Source of the DNA: Nitrososphaeraceae archaeon
GTDB lineage: Archaea; Thermoproteota; Nitrososphaeria; Nitrososphaerales; Nitrosopumilaceae
Length of the DNA: 64,000 nt
Direction: 5' to 3'
Assembly (NCBI GenBank): GCA_025930495.1
Contig: JAICOU010000001.1
Coordinates: 11,867 to 75,866, forward strand
How positions within the stretch are numbered: position 1 is the stretch's first letter; each line of letters begins with the position of its first letter. The notes under the pieces are model-generated. The model searched no databases. It saw only the letters and a program-made list of their open reading frames with translations, and was not told where the DNA came from. The translations under genes were made by a program, and so were the position numbers. Below, in pieces: positions 27,851 through 37,130 of this stretch.

Positions 27851-28906
27851 TTAACCAACAATATCGGTTCTGAGTTGGCCACATGCAGCTGATATTTCAG
27901 ATCCTTTTTCCACACGTACTGTGCAGTTTACACCTGCATTGTACAATATTCTTTCAAATTCAAGAACATTTCGTCGAGATGGACGTTGAAAGTTACCTGC
28001 TGTCGGATTTATTGGAATTAGATTAACATGAGAACCATTGCCATCTAAGAGCAAAGCTAGCTCTTTTGCAATCTCTGCAGAGTCATTAACGCCTTCAATG
28101 AGAGCATATTCAAATGTAACACGTCGTCCAGTTCTCTTGAAATAACGTTTTCCAGCTGCAATCAAATCCTCTACTGAGTGAGGCCCTGCAGTCGGAACCA
28201 ATCTTTTGCGCAACATATCATTTGGTGCATGCAACGATATTGCCAATCCAATTTGAAGATCTTCTTCTGCTAATCTGTCAATGCCAGAGATTATTCCAAT
28301 TGTAGAGATTGTGATGTTTCTCTGTCCAATTCCAAAACCTCTTGGATGTGTTAGTAATCTAACTGCACGTATTGTCTCATCATAGTTTGCAAGCGGTTCA
28401 CCCATTCCCATAAAAACCAAGTTTGTTACATGTTGGCCTCTTTGCATAAGTAGATTGGCAAAGTGAATTACCTGTGCAACAATCTCTTCTGCCTTCAAGT
28501 TTCGCTCAAAGCCCATCTGTCCAGTGGCACAAAAGATGCATCCCATTGCACAACCAACCTGAGTTGAAACGCAGATAGTAGATCTAGGATGACCTCCAAT
28601 TTTTGATGACGGATATTGTATCAAAACTGTTTCAACAGGAGTTCCATCAGCAAGATTAAGAAGCAACTTTGTTGTGTCTCCGTCCTCACTTACAACACGA
28701 TGAACTTCAACTGCAGAACCAATCGTGTATCCATCTGCAATTAGTTGGTCTCTCATTGCAATTGGTAGTTGTTTTAGATCAGAGATATTTTTTGGAAATT
28801 TGTAATACAGTGGATACAATATTTGATCTGCTCTATACCTTGGATGATTCATGTCAGTTACCATCTTTTCCATCTCTTCAGGTAACAAACGATAAAGATC
28901 AGTCAT
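27851..28906 (-). CDS. rlmN: RlmN-family radical SAM RNA methyltransferase
   Basis: ETVLI, CVSTQVGCAMGCIFC, MGMGEP, ISLHAP, VNLIPIN and AACGQL motifs. Confidence 0.9.
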   Translation of the reverse strand: MTDLYRLLPEEMEKMVTDMNHPRYRADQILYPLYYKFPKNISDLKQLPIAMRDQLIADGYTIGSAVEVHRVVSEDGDTTKLLLNLADGTPVETVLIQYPSSKIGGHPRSTICVSTQVGCAMGCIFCATGQMGFERNLKAEEIVAQVIHFANLLMQRGQHVTNLVFMGMGEPLANYDETIRAVRLLTHPRGFGIGQRNITISTIGIISGIDRLAEEDLQIGLAISLHAPNDMLRKRLVPTAGPHSVEDLIAAGKRYFKRTGRRVTFEYALIEGVNDSAEIAKELALLLDGNGSHVNLIPINPTAGNFQRPSRRNVLEFERILYNAGVNCTVRVEKGSEISAACGQLRTDIVG

Positions 28907-29051
28907 TGTATTTTCACGATATCTCTCATATTCAATAATTATTGTACTGTTATAATATTATAATTTAACCAGTTCTCAAATTGTAATAATTTTGAATCTA
29001 AAATAAAATAACAAAATGTAGATAATAAAAATATAAAAAAAGAAAGAAGAG

Positions 29052-30167
29052 TTACTCTTCTAGCGATTCCAAATCATTAGAATCAGTATCTTCTGTGGCT
29101 TGAACCGTTTCTAGTTCAGCAGATTCAACTACAGTTTCTGGCTCAGATTCCTTTTCTTTTTTAGTCACTTTTTTTGTTGTTTTTTTAGTAGTCTTTTTTT
29201 CTGCATCTTCTAGGTCCATCACTCCTGCTTCACCTAGAGCAAAGATTACCTCTTCTTCTGGATGATGAGGACTGTCTACCATTCGTGCGATTCGTTTCTT
29301 ACCTGATTTCTTAAAGTAGATTCTATACGTAGAAGTATGTGCAACTACGTTTCCACCTATTGGACGAGTTGGATCACCAAAGAAAACATCAGGAGATGCC
29401 ATGACTTGATTTGTTGCAATTGCAGCACAGTTGTAAGTCTCTGCAATTCTAGACAACATGTGAACAAAGTGATTTAGTTTTTGTTGTCTGTTTGATAATG
29501 TTCCCCGACCTAGATACTCTGCACGGAACAATCCGACTGCAGAATCTACAACAATTAGTTTGATGTTGTTTTCTTCAATCACAGGACCTGCTTCCTCAAG
29601 AATTAATGTTTGATGCGCACTGTTGTATGCACGTGCTACAATTATTCTATCAAGGACTTTTTCAGGATCCATTTCGTGTGCTTGTGCAATAGACACAATT
29701 CTTTCTGGTCTGAAAGTGTTTTCTGTGTCAATATACAAAACACCTCCATCTAACCCACCTTCTGTTTTTGGTTTTTGAACCATTACAGAGAGTGTATGTG
29801 CAAATTGAGTTTTACCTGAACCAAATTCGCCATAAACTTCAGTGAGAGCTTGTGTTTCAACACCACCATCAAATAACGTGTCAAGGCAATTAGTACCAGT
29901 TGTAATTTTACCAATATCTTGTCTGCGCTTGTAGACTTCGGTTGCAGTAACAAAATCTCTGGAAATTAATCCAGTTTCAACTAGATGTTGTCTTGCTTTG
30001 TTGACAATTTTTTCTGCAGTGTCTTTTTCCATTCCAGTTATTTCTGCAATTTCCACAGGACCTCTTACGATAAGATCCATAACATTGTGTACTCCTGCAT
30101 CGGATAATTTTCTAGTAGTTACAGGACCTACGCCCTCCAAACTATCTAATCTTAAATCTTCTACCAT
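29052..30167 (-). CDS. radA: DNA repair and recombination protein RadA
   Basis: N-terminal HhH, GEFGSGKTQ, YIDTENTFRPER and GGNVVAHTST motifs. Confidence 0.97.
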   Translation of the reverse strand: MVEDLRLDSLEGVGPVTTRKLSDAGVHNVMDLIVRGPVEIAEITGMEKDTAEKIVNKARQHLVETGLISRDFVTATEVYKRRQDIGKITTGTNCLDTLFDGGVETQALTEVYGEFGSGKTQFAHTLSVMVQKPKTEGGLDGGVLYIDTENTFRPERIVSIAQAHEMDPEKVLDRIIVARAYNSAHQTLILEEAGPVIEENNIKLIVVDSAVGLFRAEYLGRGTLSNRQQKLNHFVHMLSRIAETYNCAAIATNQVMASPDVFFGDPTRPIGGNVVAHTSTYRIYFKKSGKKRIARMVDSPHHPEEEVIFALGEAGVMDLEDAEKKTTKKTTKKVTKKEKESEPETVVESAELETVQATEDTDSNDLESLEE

Positions 30168-30175
30168 ACTGTATG

Positions 30176-30197
30176 GTACGGTACTAGTACTTTATAA
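30176..30197 (-). promoter_or_regulatory. radA promoter: TATA (TTATAAA) followed immediately by the palindrome GTACTAGTAC
   Basis: TATA at 30191-30197, 24-30 nt upstream of the ATG. Perfect 10-bp palindrome at 30181-30190. Confidence 0.55.
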
Positions 30198-30211
30198 CGT
30201 TATTGTTTTAG

Positions 30212-30237
30212 GGTTCTGTCAAGTCTTCGTCGGATAA
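30212..30237 (+). repeat. IS6-like terminal repeat, copy A
   Basis: GGTTCTGTCAAGTCTTCGTCGGATAA, 24/26 identical to 31277-31302. It begins GGTTCTGT like IS257/IS431 ends. Confidence 0.65.
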
Positions 30238-30316
30238 TATAGATGTCAAAAGTCGTCGGGTGGGAAATTTGGTAGTACCGTACTCATTTTTTAAACTAGT
30301 ATAAAATTATTATTTC

Positions 30317-30541
30317 ATGTTGAAAACTAAATCACAAAGACGGGCAATCATCTTGACTCTTATCGGTGTTGTTCTCTTTATTGGTGGAATTTTGTTGTTA
30401 TTGAATGTCATTAGAGATGGAATGGATGAAGATATATTACGACCGTTACTTTTTGTCATTTTTTCATTATTTCTAATCTTTGCAGGAATAATAAGATGGA
30501 TTTTTGTATGCAAATTTGAAAAAACATCTGATAAAAAATAG
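30317..30541 (+). CDS. Small two-TM membrane protein (cargo)
   Basis: Two hydrophobic helices. The stop codon abuts a third GGTTCTGT motif. Confidence 0.6.
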   Translation: MLKTKSQRRAIILTLIGVVLFIGGILLLLNVIRDGMDEDILRPLLFVIFSLFLIFAGIIRWIFVCKFEKTSDKK

Positions 30542-30560
30542 GGTTCTGTTACCTTGTCGG
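30542..30560 (+). repeat. Degenerate IS6-like terminal repeat, copy B
   Basis: GGTTCTGTTACCTTGTCGG. A further GGTACTGTTGC (resembling the IS26 end GGCACTGTTGC) is at 30598-30608. Confidence 0.45.
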
Positions 30561-30653
30561 CATTTCTTTGAGGTGTTACTTTTAGGTTGCTGATTTAGGT
30601 ACTGTTGCGTTGACGGTTGAAAATTATACCTGTTGCCTTTCGGTTGATAGGAT

Positions 30654-31040
30654 TCAATTTGGAATACAAATGCTAGAAGACTTTGATATGTTAGATATTT
30701 TTGGGTTTTTTTCTAGTGCTTCTTTAATTAAACTAACTTCTTCAGAATTATCTGAATATTCTCCGGGAATATGCAATATTGCTTTGGGAATTATTGACAA
30801 ATCTATTCTATTTTCGTCATATCCTGTATACACCGAGTCAACCAAATCATGATCAGCGATATGTTTTCTTAACTCTTCTCTAATTGTTCTGTCTACATTC
30901 TCATAATCTTCTTTATCATATAGAAATTGTATCGTTGTTACACATCCAAAATTGGGGGAAGAATTGAAATATCCTATTGTCAAGATTATTAGAAATGCAA
31001 AGCCTATGCCAGAACCAATAATCAATTTGTTACTCATCAA
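30654..31040 (-). CDS. Hypothetical membrane-anchored protein (cargo)
   Basis: N-terminal TM helix and a small soluble domain with two Cys. Confidence 0.6.
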   Translation of the reverse strand: MMSNKLIIGSGIGFAFLIILTIGYFNSSPNFGCVTTIQFLYDKEDYENVDRTIREELRKHIADHDLVDSVYTGYDENRIDLSIIPKAILHIPGEYSDNSEEVSLIKEALEKNPKISNISKSSSICIPN

Positions 31041-31133
31041 TTATTACTTTCATATACTTGTATAAATAATCAAATTAAACAAGATAATCAATAACCATCA
31101 GAGTTATCTTGAAACCCAATCTAGTGAGTCTCT

Positions 31134-31277
31134 TTACTTTCTGCTTGCGTTCTGAATCAGGGTTTTCCATTTGTCCTCACCTTGAATAGTAATTCCACAT
31201 GCTTCGGCAGGCGTCTTTCCGTCTAATCCCATGTGACCTCGAATGTAATTATGGTATAGTTGGTAACCGTCAATAAG
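31134..31277 (-). mobile_element. C-terminal remnant of a DDE (IS6-like/integrase-core) transposase
   Basis: Manual translation LIDGYQLYHNYIRGHMGLDGKTPAEACGITIQGEDKWKTLIQNASRK*, matching the YN..R.H..L...TPAE C-terminal motif. No start codon; cut at repeat C. Confidence 0.7.
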
Positions 31278-31302
31278 GTTCTGTCAAATCTCCGTCGGAT
31301 AA
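31277..31302 (+). repeat. IS6-like terminal repeat, copy C
   Basis: GGTTCTGTCAAATCTCCGTCGGATAA, in the same orientation as copy A. Confidence 0.65.
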
Positions 31303-31329
31303 AATGAGTGTAAAAACAACTTGTAATAG

Positions 31330-31512
31330 CTAACGTCTCTTTCTTCTTTGTCCAGGTTTGTTTTGTCCTGGAAATCTTCCCAAGGCAAATCGTTTTTTGA
31401 AGTTACTCTTATTTCTAAGACTAGAATTTGTACCAACTATTTTTCTTCCTTCAACTTTTGGAGTCTGTCCTCTTACTTTACCTGCTTTGGTAAGCGAACC
31501 GTGAGTTGCCAT
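31330..31512 (-). CDS. rps30e: 30S ribosomal protein S30e
   Basis: HGSLTKAGKVRGQTPKV signature. Confidence 0.95.
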   Translation of the reverse strand: MATHGSLTKAGKVRGQTPKVEGRKIVGTNSSLRNKSNFKKRFALGRFPGQNKPGQRRKRR

Positions 31513-31553
31513 AATTTAGAAAGACAAAATAGTAAATTTATGTATTTGTATAA

Positions 31554-33287
31554 TTACCAGTATTTTATCTTTATAGTTTCAATAACTTTTTCGTGCTCTT
31601 TACTCTTGTGACGTGCATATCTCTCCATTGCACCTAAAGGAATACCGCCCAAAGATCTTGCAATTGCGTTAAAGAAATATCTCTGTGGTCCTTTTGCACC
31701 TGTTCTGGTCATGAATTTCTGAATTCCATACTTGAAGTTATGTTGCCAAGTTTTATAGAGTACACCTAGTTGTGCAGGAGTCATTTCATTTCCAATGTTA
31801 AAGAAATCAGATTTTTCCAATAATCCAATTGGGACAAAGGTAAGTGCTGTAGCAGTAAACATTGAATCGGGTTGCTCATGTTCTAATTCAGTAATTAGAC
31901 GAATTGTATCCCAAGAATCTTCGGGTTGCTCGTCATTATCAAGACCCATAATCAAAGTAAATGCAGGAATCCAATAATCCTCATTCAAAGTTTTGACACC
32001 CTCTTTCACTACCCAATGCCATTCACTTGGAGAGTACGGAGCAAGTTTTCTATCGGCATACTTTCCAATCAATCTCAAACTTCCAGTTTCAAAACCAGCT
32101 TGAATTCCAATCATATTATCAGGACTGGATTTTATAATTTTTGAAAGGTTTGGAATGAGTTTTTCATCAGCTATTGCACCTGCCAGAGTACCATGAGTTG
32201 GGTTTGTGTGTCCTACACCAGTAGACATGATAGCAGTAAAGAGTTCTTCAAGAGCTTCTCGGTTTGGTTCCATTCCTTTAGCAGTTCTAGGATCCATGCC
32301 ATAGACAAAAATATCATCACTGTGTATCCAAGCAGATTTTGCTCCTCCTTTTTTGATGTTAACTTCAATTTCACGTTTGACTTTTTCTGGAGAATAGTAT
32401 CTTAATGATCTTAATGTAACGTCACAGAATTTACAACCTCTTCCACAACCACGCATCACTTCAACCATTCCATGCATACTTGGTTCTACAATTTCTGGAA
32501 TCTCATCTAGATCTGGTCTATCCCAGAAATTTACAAATCTTCCATGGATTTTTTTTCCGTTTCTTTCAAATTCTTTTATGTTTACTTTAAAGTCACTACG
32601 TTTTCTGAATGGATCCATGTTATCAAAATCGCCGTTAATTAAATAATTGAAAAATCTACCAGCATGCCCATCAATTTCAGGTGCAATGCCTCCAAGCTCT
32701 CCTTCCAATATAGCATAGATTCCAAATTCTTCAATTTTTTCTGGATCATAATTGTATTGCCAAGTTCCAGAAGCGCCAGAAATGACTTTGGCCTTACTAC
32801 CTGTTTTTTGTTTTGCAGCCTTTATTCTGTAGTGTAGTTCTGTGTTGTAAAATTCATCATATGAGGTTTGTTTTCTACCATAAGTGAAAGTCATTGTAAC
32901 AGGTCCCATTCCCAATGGGTCCATTTCATATGTGCCAATAACTTGGGTATCAGGACCAATAAATTGTTCAATATGATCTGGATGTGCAACAACTACATCT
33001 TCGCGTTTAAAGCCATCTCGTAGTAAGCCTGCTTCTACTTTTCGTAGTCCATATGGAGCATAGTTTGCCACACCATTAGTATGAGGAATGTAATTGCAAA
33101 TAAAATCAAATAGAATCTTTGGAGTTACTTGGTTTCCTAGAATTTTATACAAAAAGCTGTTTTTATCACGATTAGGATCAACTGCAGGTGCACATCCAAA
33201 AAATGTAGCCAATGACAAACCACGATACGGAGACATCAAAGTACGATCGGCAGTTAAAACAATTTTCGGATTACCCATACTCTTCAA
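31554..33287 (-). CDS. Radical SAM protein (B12-binding-like N-terminus), function unknown
   Basis: VEVMRGCGRGCKFC (CxxxCxxC) and GFETGS motifs. Confidence 0.8.
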   Translation of the reverse strand: MKSMGNPKIVLTADRTLMSPYRGLSLATFFGCAPAVDPNRDKNSFLYKILGNQVTPKILFDFICNYIPHTNGVANYAPYGLRKVEAGLLRDGFKREDVVVAHPDHIEQFIGPDTQVIGTYEMDPLGMGPVTMTFTYGRKQTSYDEFYNTELHYRIKAAKQKTGSKAKVISGASGTWQYNYDPEKIEEFGIYAILEGELGGIAPEIDGHAGRFFNYLINGDFDNMDPFRKRSDFKVNIKEFERNGKKIHGRFVNFWDRPDLDEIPEIVEPSMHGMVEVMRGCGRGCKFCDVTLRSLRYYSPEKVKREIEVNIKKGGAKSAWIHSDDIFVYGMDPRTAKGMEPNREALEELFTAIMSTGVGHTNPTHGTLAGAIADEKLIPNLSKIIKSSPDNMIGIQAGFETGSLRLIGKYADRKLAPYSPSEWHWVVKEGVKTLNEDYWIPAFTLIMGLDNDEQPEDSWDTIRLITELEHEQPDSMFTATALTFVPIGLLEKSDFFNIGNEMTPAQLGVLYKTWQHNFKYGIQKFMTRTGAKGPQRYFFNAIARSLGGIPLGAMERYARHKSKEHEKVIETIKIKYW

Positions 33288-33329
33288 CGCAATAATTTCA
33301 TGATTTATTTTAAACCTTGCTGGTCAAAC

Positions 33330-34142
33330 CTAATAATTTTCTAAAATTCCAGCCTTATTTCTATGAAAATGACCAAATTCCTTGTTTGACAGTAAATGAT
33401 CACCATCAAATACAGTGCCGTCTTTGCAAACCAAGTCTTCACCTACACAACAGCTTCCACATATTCCAACACCGCACTTCATCATGCGTTCAAGACTGGC
33501 TTGAACAAACAATCCTTTAGAATGTGCTAGTTGTACAGTTTTGTACATCATTATTTCAGGACCACATGTATACACTCCATCAAAGTGATTTTCATTAACT
33601 AGTTTTTCAACCATACTTGTAACAAATCCTTTTTCACCATAAGTTCCATCATCAGTGGTAACAATTACACGATGTGGATTATTTTTCAATAGGGCGTTTG
33701 CCAAATCCTCAAAGAAAACTTCATTTTTTGATTTTGCACCGATTAAAACTGTAACATTGTCACCAGGTTTAACAAAAGTCAACAATCTCATCATGGGTAC
33801 AAGACCAGTTCCGCCACCTACAAGCAAGAGTTTTCCTTGTTTTAAATCAAAAGAGTTTCCATATGGACCTCTAACACCAATCTGTTGACCTACTTGAATA
33901 TTGAATAATCCAGTTGATGCAGAACCGTGTCTTCGTACGGTAAAAGCAGCTTTTCCGGATTCTTGAGAGATCATCACACTCATTGGTAATTCATTAATTC
34001 CAGGAATCCAAACCATTGCAAACTGACCTGGGAGAACAGCAGACATGACATCATCAGAGAAAATCAAAGTTCTAACAGTAGGAGTTTCATCAATTACTTT
34101 TTCGATTATACAAATTTTTGTATGATTATGATTTCTTTGCAA
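33330..34142 (-). CDS. pyrK: Dihydroorotate dehydrogenase electron-transfer subunit
   Basis: PGQFAM, RGPYGN, GGGTG and TCGPEIMM; ERMMKCGVGICGSC...C 2Fe-2S motif. Confidence 0.92.
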   Translation of the reverse strand: MQRNHNHTKICIIEKVIDETPTVRTLIFSDDVMSAVLPGQFAMVWIPGINELPMSVMISQESGKAAFTVRRHGSASTGLFNIQVGQQIGVRGPYGNSFDLKQGKLLLVGGGTGLVPMMRLLTFVKPGDNVTVLIGAKSKNEVFFEDLANALLKNNPHRVIVTTDDGTYGEKGFVTSMVEKLVNENHFDGVYTCGPEIMMYKTVQLAHSKGLFVQASLERMMKCGVGICGSCCVGEDLVCKDGTVFDGDHLLSNKEFGHFHRNKAGILENY

Positions 34143-35037
34143 GACCTATCATCTCATCTATTTTTGAATAACCTTTTCTTTTCATGTATTGAAGAATTCC
34201 TTGATTAATATCATTAAAAACATGTATCCAATTATCACCAATTGCACTTCCTAATTGAATTGCAGAAGAACCTGCCAAAATAAATTCGACAGCATCTTCC
34301 CATGTAGATATTCCACCACATCCAATTATAGGAATGTTGTATTTAGAAGAAATTTCATAAACACATCGTAATGCAATAGGTTTGATTGGAGTACCGGACA
34401 ATCCACCGAACTTATTACTCAAGATAGGCCTTTGAGTTTCAACATCAATTGCCATTGCTCTGATTGTATTGATTGCAGTAATTGCATCGATTCCAGAATC
34501 AATTGCAGCATTTACAGTGTTAAGATAATGAGTTGTTCCCAATCCTACTTTAGCTATAACTGGTACGTTGGTAGAATTTTTCATGGTACTAACAATTTTC
34601 TTGACTAGTTCAGGATCATCTCCTACTTCTAATCCTACTTTAGCAACATGGGGGCATGATAAATTCAACTCGTATGCAGTAACTTTACAATTTTTAAATT
34701 GCTTCACCATCATTTCAAAGTCTTCAGGAATAGAGCCTACCAAACTAACAATTATCGGAACATCTTTGTTAGATTCTATTATTTTTGCAAAATTTGGAGC
34801 ACCTGGATTTGATAATCCAACTGCATTAATCCATCCACCGCCATTTACACTAAAAATAGTAGGGTTTGGATATCCATCCCACGGTTCCGTGCTGAGAGAT
34901 TTACTGACAACAGCGCCTGCACCTGAACGATAAAGTCGATTAAATACATCTAATGAAATGCCCAATATGCCAGAGGCTAGCATGACAGGTCTTTCTAGTT
35001 GAATTTTTCCTATAGAAGTAACCAGGCTGGGCTCCAC
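34126..35037 (-). CDS. pyrD: Dihydroorotate dehydrogenase 1B catalytic subunit
   Basis: NAVGLSNPG, ELNLSCPH, INT and GGLSG..IKPIA motifs. Confidence 0.93.
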   Translation of the reverse strand: MEPSLVTSIGKIQLERPVMLASGILGISLDVFNRLYRSGAGAVVSKSLSTEPWDGYPNPTIFSVNGGGWINAVGLSNPGAPNFAKIIESNKDVPIIVSLVGSIPEDFEMMVKQFKNCKVTAYELNLSCPHVAKVGLEVGDDPELVKKIVSTMKNSTNVPVIAKVGLGTTHYLNTVNAAIDSGIDAITAINTIRAMAIDVETQRPILSNKFGGLSGTPIKPIALRCVYEISSKYNIPIIGCGGISTWEDAVEFILAGSSAIQLGSAIGDNWIHVFNDINQGILQYMKRKGYSKIDEMIGLAKKS

Positions 35038-35125
35038 TTTGAATGATATACGTAGTTTCGAATATAACAGTTGACTCGTAAGGTTTCTAGTACCTTTTTA
35101 AAAGGAGACTTAGAATTAGCTAGTC

Positions 35126-36469
35126 ATGTATTCTGTAATCTTAACAGAATTGGGAATCATAGTTTTCAAAGACGAAAAGATTGAAAAGGCATTTCCTTTC
35201 AAAGATTCAGTTAGAGATTATCTTTCCGTGAAAAAAAAGGAATCAAGATTAAATGAACTTGTAGATTATCTGAGTCCACTTCAAAGAGGAGTCACAGTTA
35301 GTGATGAATCATTGATGACATTATTGAAAAAAAGTTCCATAGATGCACAAATGATGGAAGAAGCAGAATTAGAAAAGATCCAAGCAACAAAACCCCAGAT
35401 AATTGTTGATGCCAGATTTGCAGAAAGTATACCTGGCGTATTATCTAAATTAAGAGAATTTGCAATGGGATTATCATCATCAAAAGTAACAGAAGTTTCA
35501 GAGAGTCCAGATCTTCATATTATTCAGGCAATAAATTCATTGGATGAGATTGACAAAATTGCCAATGGACTTAGCTCAAGATTGCGAGAATGGTACGGAT
35601 TGCATTTCCCAGAATTAGACAACATAATAGACAGCATTAATGGTTATGCACAAATTGTTTTGGCTGGAAAAAGAGAATCATTAACAAAAAAAGTGTATGA
35701 AGAAGCAGGATTTCCAGATTCAAAAGCAGAAATGATTTCTTTGCTTGCATCAAAAAGTAGAGGTGGAGATATTTCAGATGTTAATTTATCAATTGTACAA
35801 TCCATTGCAAAACAAATTCTAGATTTTCATGATTTACGAAAAAAATTAGAAGATCATGTTGAATCAGAAATGCAAATTGTTGCACCAAATCTTGCAGCTA
35901 TTCTTGGAGCTGCAGTAGGTGCAAGAATACTAGGAAGAGCTGGAAGTCTAAAAAAACTAGCGTCAATGCCTGCAAGTACTATTCAGGTAATAGGTGCAGA
36001 AAAAGCACTCTTTAGATCATTGAAGACAGGCGCTCAACCACCAAAACACGGATTATTGTTCCAGCATGCAATGGTTCATGCTGCACCTAGATGGCAGAGA
36101 GGAAAAATTGCAAGAGCAATTGCTGCAAAGGCAGTCATAGCTGCAAGAGTCGATGTGTATGGAGAAGGTATCAACAAAACTTTACTAGAAAAACTTAACG
36201 TTAGGGTAAACGAAATTAGTAAAAAATACGAAAACCCTACTGAAAGAGAAACTAGAAAACCTGAATTATTCAGACGTGAGGGCGGAGAATCTAGAAGAAG
36301 AGAAGGTGGAGATTTCAGAAGAAGAGAGGGTAGTGATTCTAGAAGAGAAGGTGGAGGACCCAAAAGGAGAGAAAGCAGAGAGCCTAAAAGAGAGAATAAA
36401 AACTACAGAGAAAGAACAGATTCTAAAGTAAATAAAAACAAAAAGAGAACAAAGTTTGAAAGAAGATAA
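35126..36469 (+). CDS. nop5: C/D box sRNP protein Nop5 (Nop56/58)
   Basis: REWYGLHFPEL, APNL, GAEKALFR and PPKHG motifs; adjacent to fibrillarin. Confidence 0.95.
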   Translation: MYSVILTELGIIVFKDEKIEKAFPFKDSVRDYLSVKKKESRLNELVDYLSPLQRGVTVSDESLMTLLKKSSIDAQMMEEAELEKIQATKPQIIVDARFAESIPGVLSKLREFAMGLSSSKVTEVSESPDLHIIQAINSLDEIDKIANGLSSRLREWYGLHFPELDNIIDSINGYAQIVLAGKRESLTKKVYEEAGFPDSKAEMISLLASKSRGGDISDVNLSIVQSIAKQILDFHDLRKKLEDHVESEMQIVAPNLAAILGAAVGARILGRAGSLKKLASMPASTIQVIGAEKALFRSLKTGAQPPKHGLLFQHAMVHAAPRWQRGKIARAIAAKAVIAARVDVYGEGINKTLLEKLNVRVNEISKKYENPTERETRKPELFRREGGESRRREGGDFRRREGSDSRREGGGPKRRESREPKRENKNYRERTDSKVNKNKKRTKFERR

Positions 36470-37130
36470 TCATGAATTTTTTTGGATAAATTCAGATGGT
36501 GAAAAAAAACTTGCCACTGAAAATTTAGTTATAGGAAATCAAGTATACAAAGAAAAATTAATTACAAAAAAAGGTGTAGAATACAGATTATGGGATCCAT
36601 TTAGGAGTAAATTAGCTGCAGCAATAATGAATGGATTAGAAATATTTCCATTTAAAAACAAATCAACTGTATTGTATCTAGGCGTATCAACTGGTACAAC
36701 TGTTAGCCATATTTCAGATATTGTTGGACCAACAGGAGTAATTTTTGGAGTGGAGCATGCAAGTAGAGTAGCCAGAGATTTTTTGGACAGAGTTGCATCA
36801 CATAGATCAAACATAATGCCGATTTTACAAGATGCAAGAAAACCAAAAGAGTATTTTTCAGTATTTGGCAAAGTGGATGTAGTGTATGTAGACATAGCAC
36901 AACCTGATCAAACAAATATTGCGATAGAAAACTGTAAGATGTACCTCAAAAAAGATGGTTATTTCTTTTTAGTAATAAAAACAAGAAGTATTGATGTTAC
37001 AAAATCACCAAAAAGAATCATAGAAGAAGAAATAGAAAAAATGAAGATACATTTTGAAATTCTGCAAGTAATAGATCTTCATCCATATGATAAAGATCAT
37101 GCAATGGTAATTGCAAAGTTCCTAAATTGA
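36456..37130 (+). CDS. flpA: Fibrillarin-like rRNA/tRNA 2'-O-methyltransferase
   Basis: YRLWDPFRSKLAA, LYLGVSTGTTVSH and DIAQPDQ motifs. Confidence 0.95.
   Translation: MKEDNHEFFWINSDGEKKLATENLVIGNQVYKEKLITKKGVEYRLWDPFRSKLAAAIMNGLEIFPFKNKSTVLYLGVSTGTTVSHISDIVGPTGVIFGVEHASRVARDFLDRVASHRSNIMPILQDARKPKEYFSVFGKVDVVYVDIAQPDQTNIAIENCKMYLKKDGYFFLVIKTRSIDVTKSPKRIIEEEIEKMKIHFEILQVIDLHPYDKDHAMVIAKFLN

Noticed and set aside
30610-30852. 80-aa plus-strand ORF in the IS-scar region
   Set aside because: It is antisense to the 128-aa membrane protein gene and has no recognisable motif.
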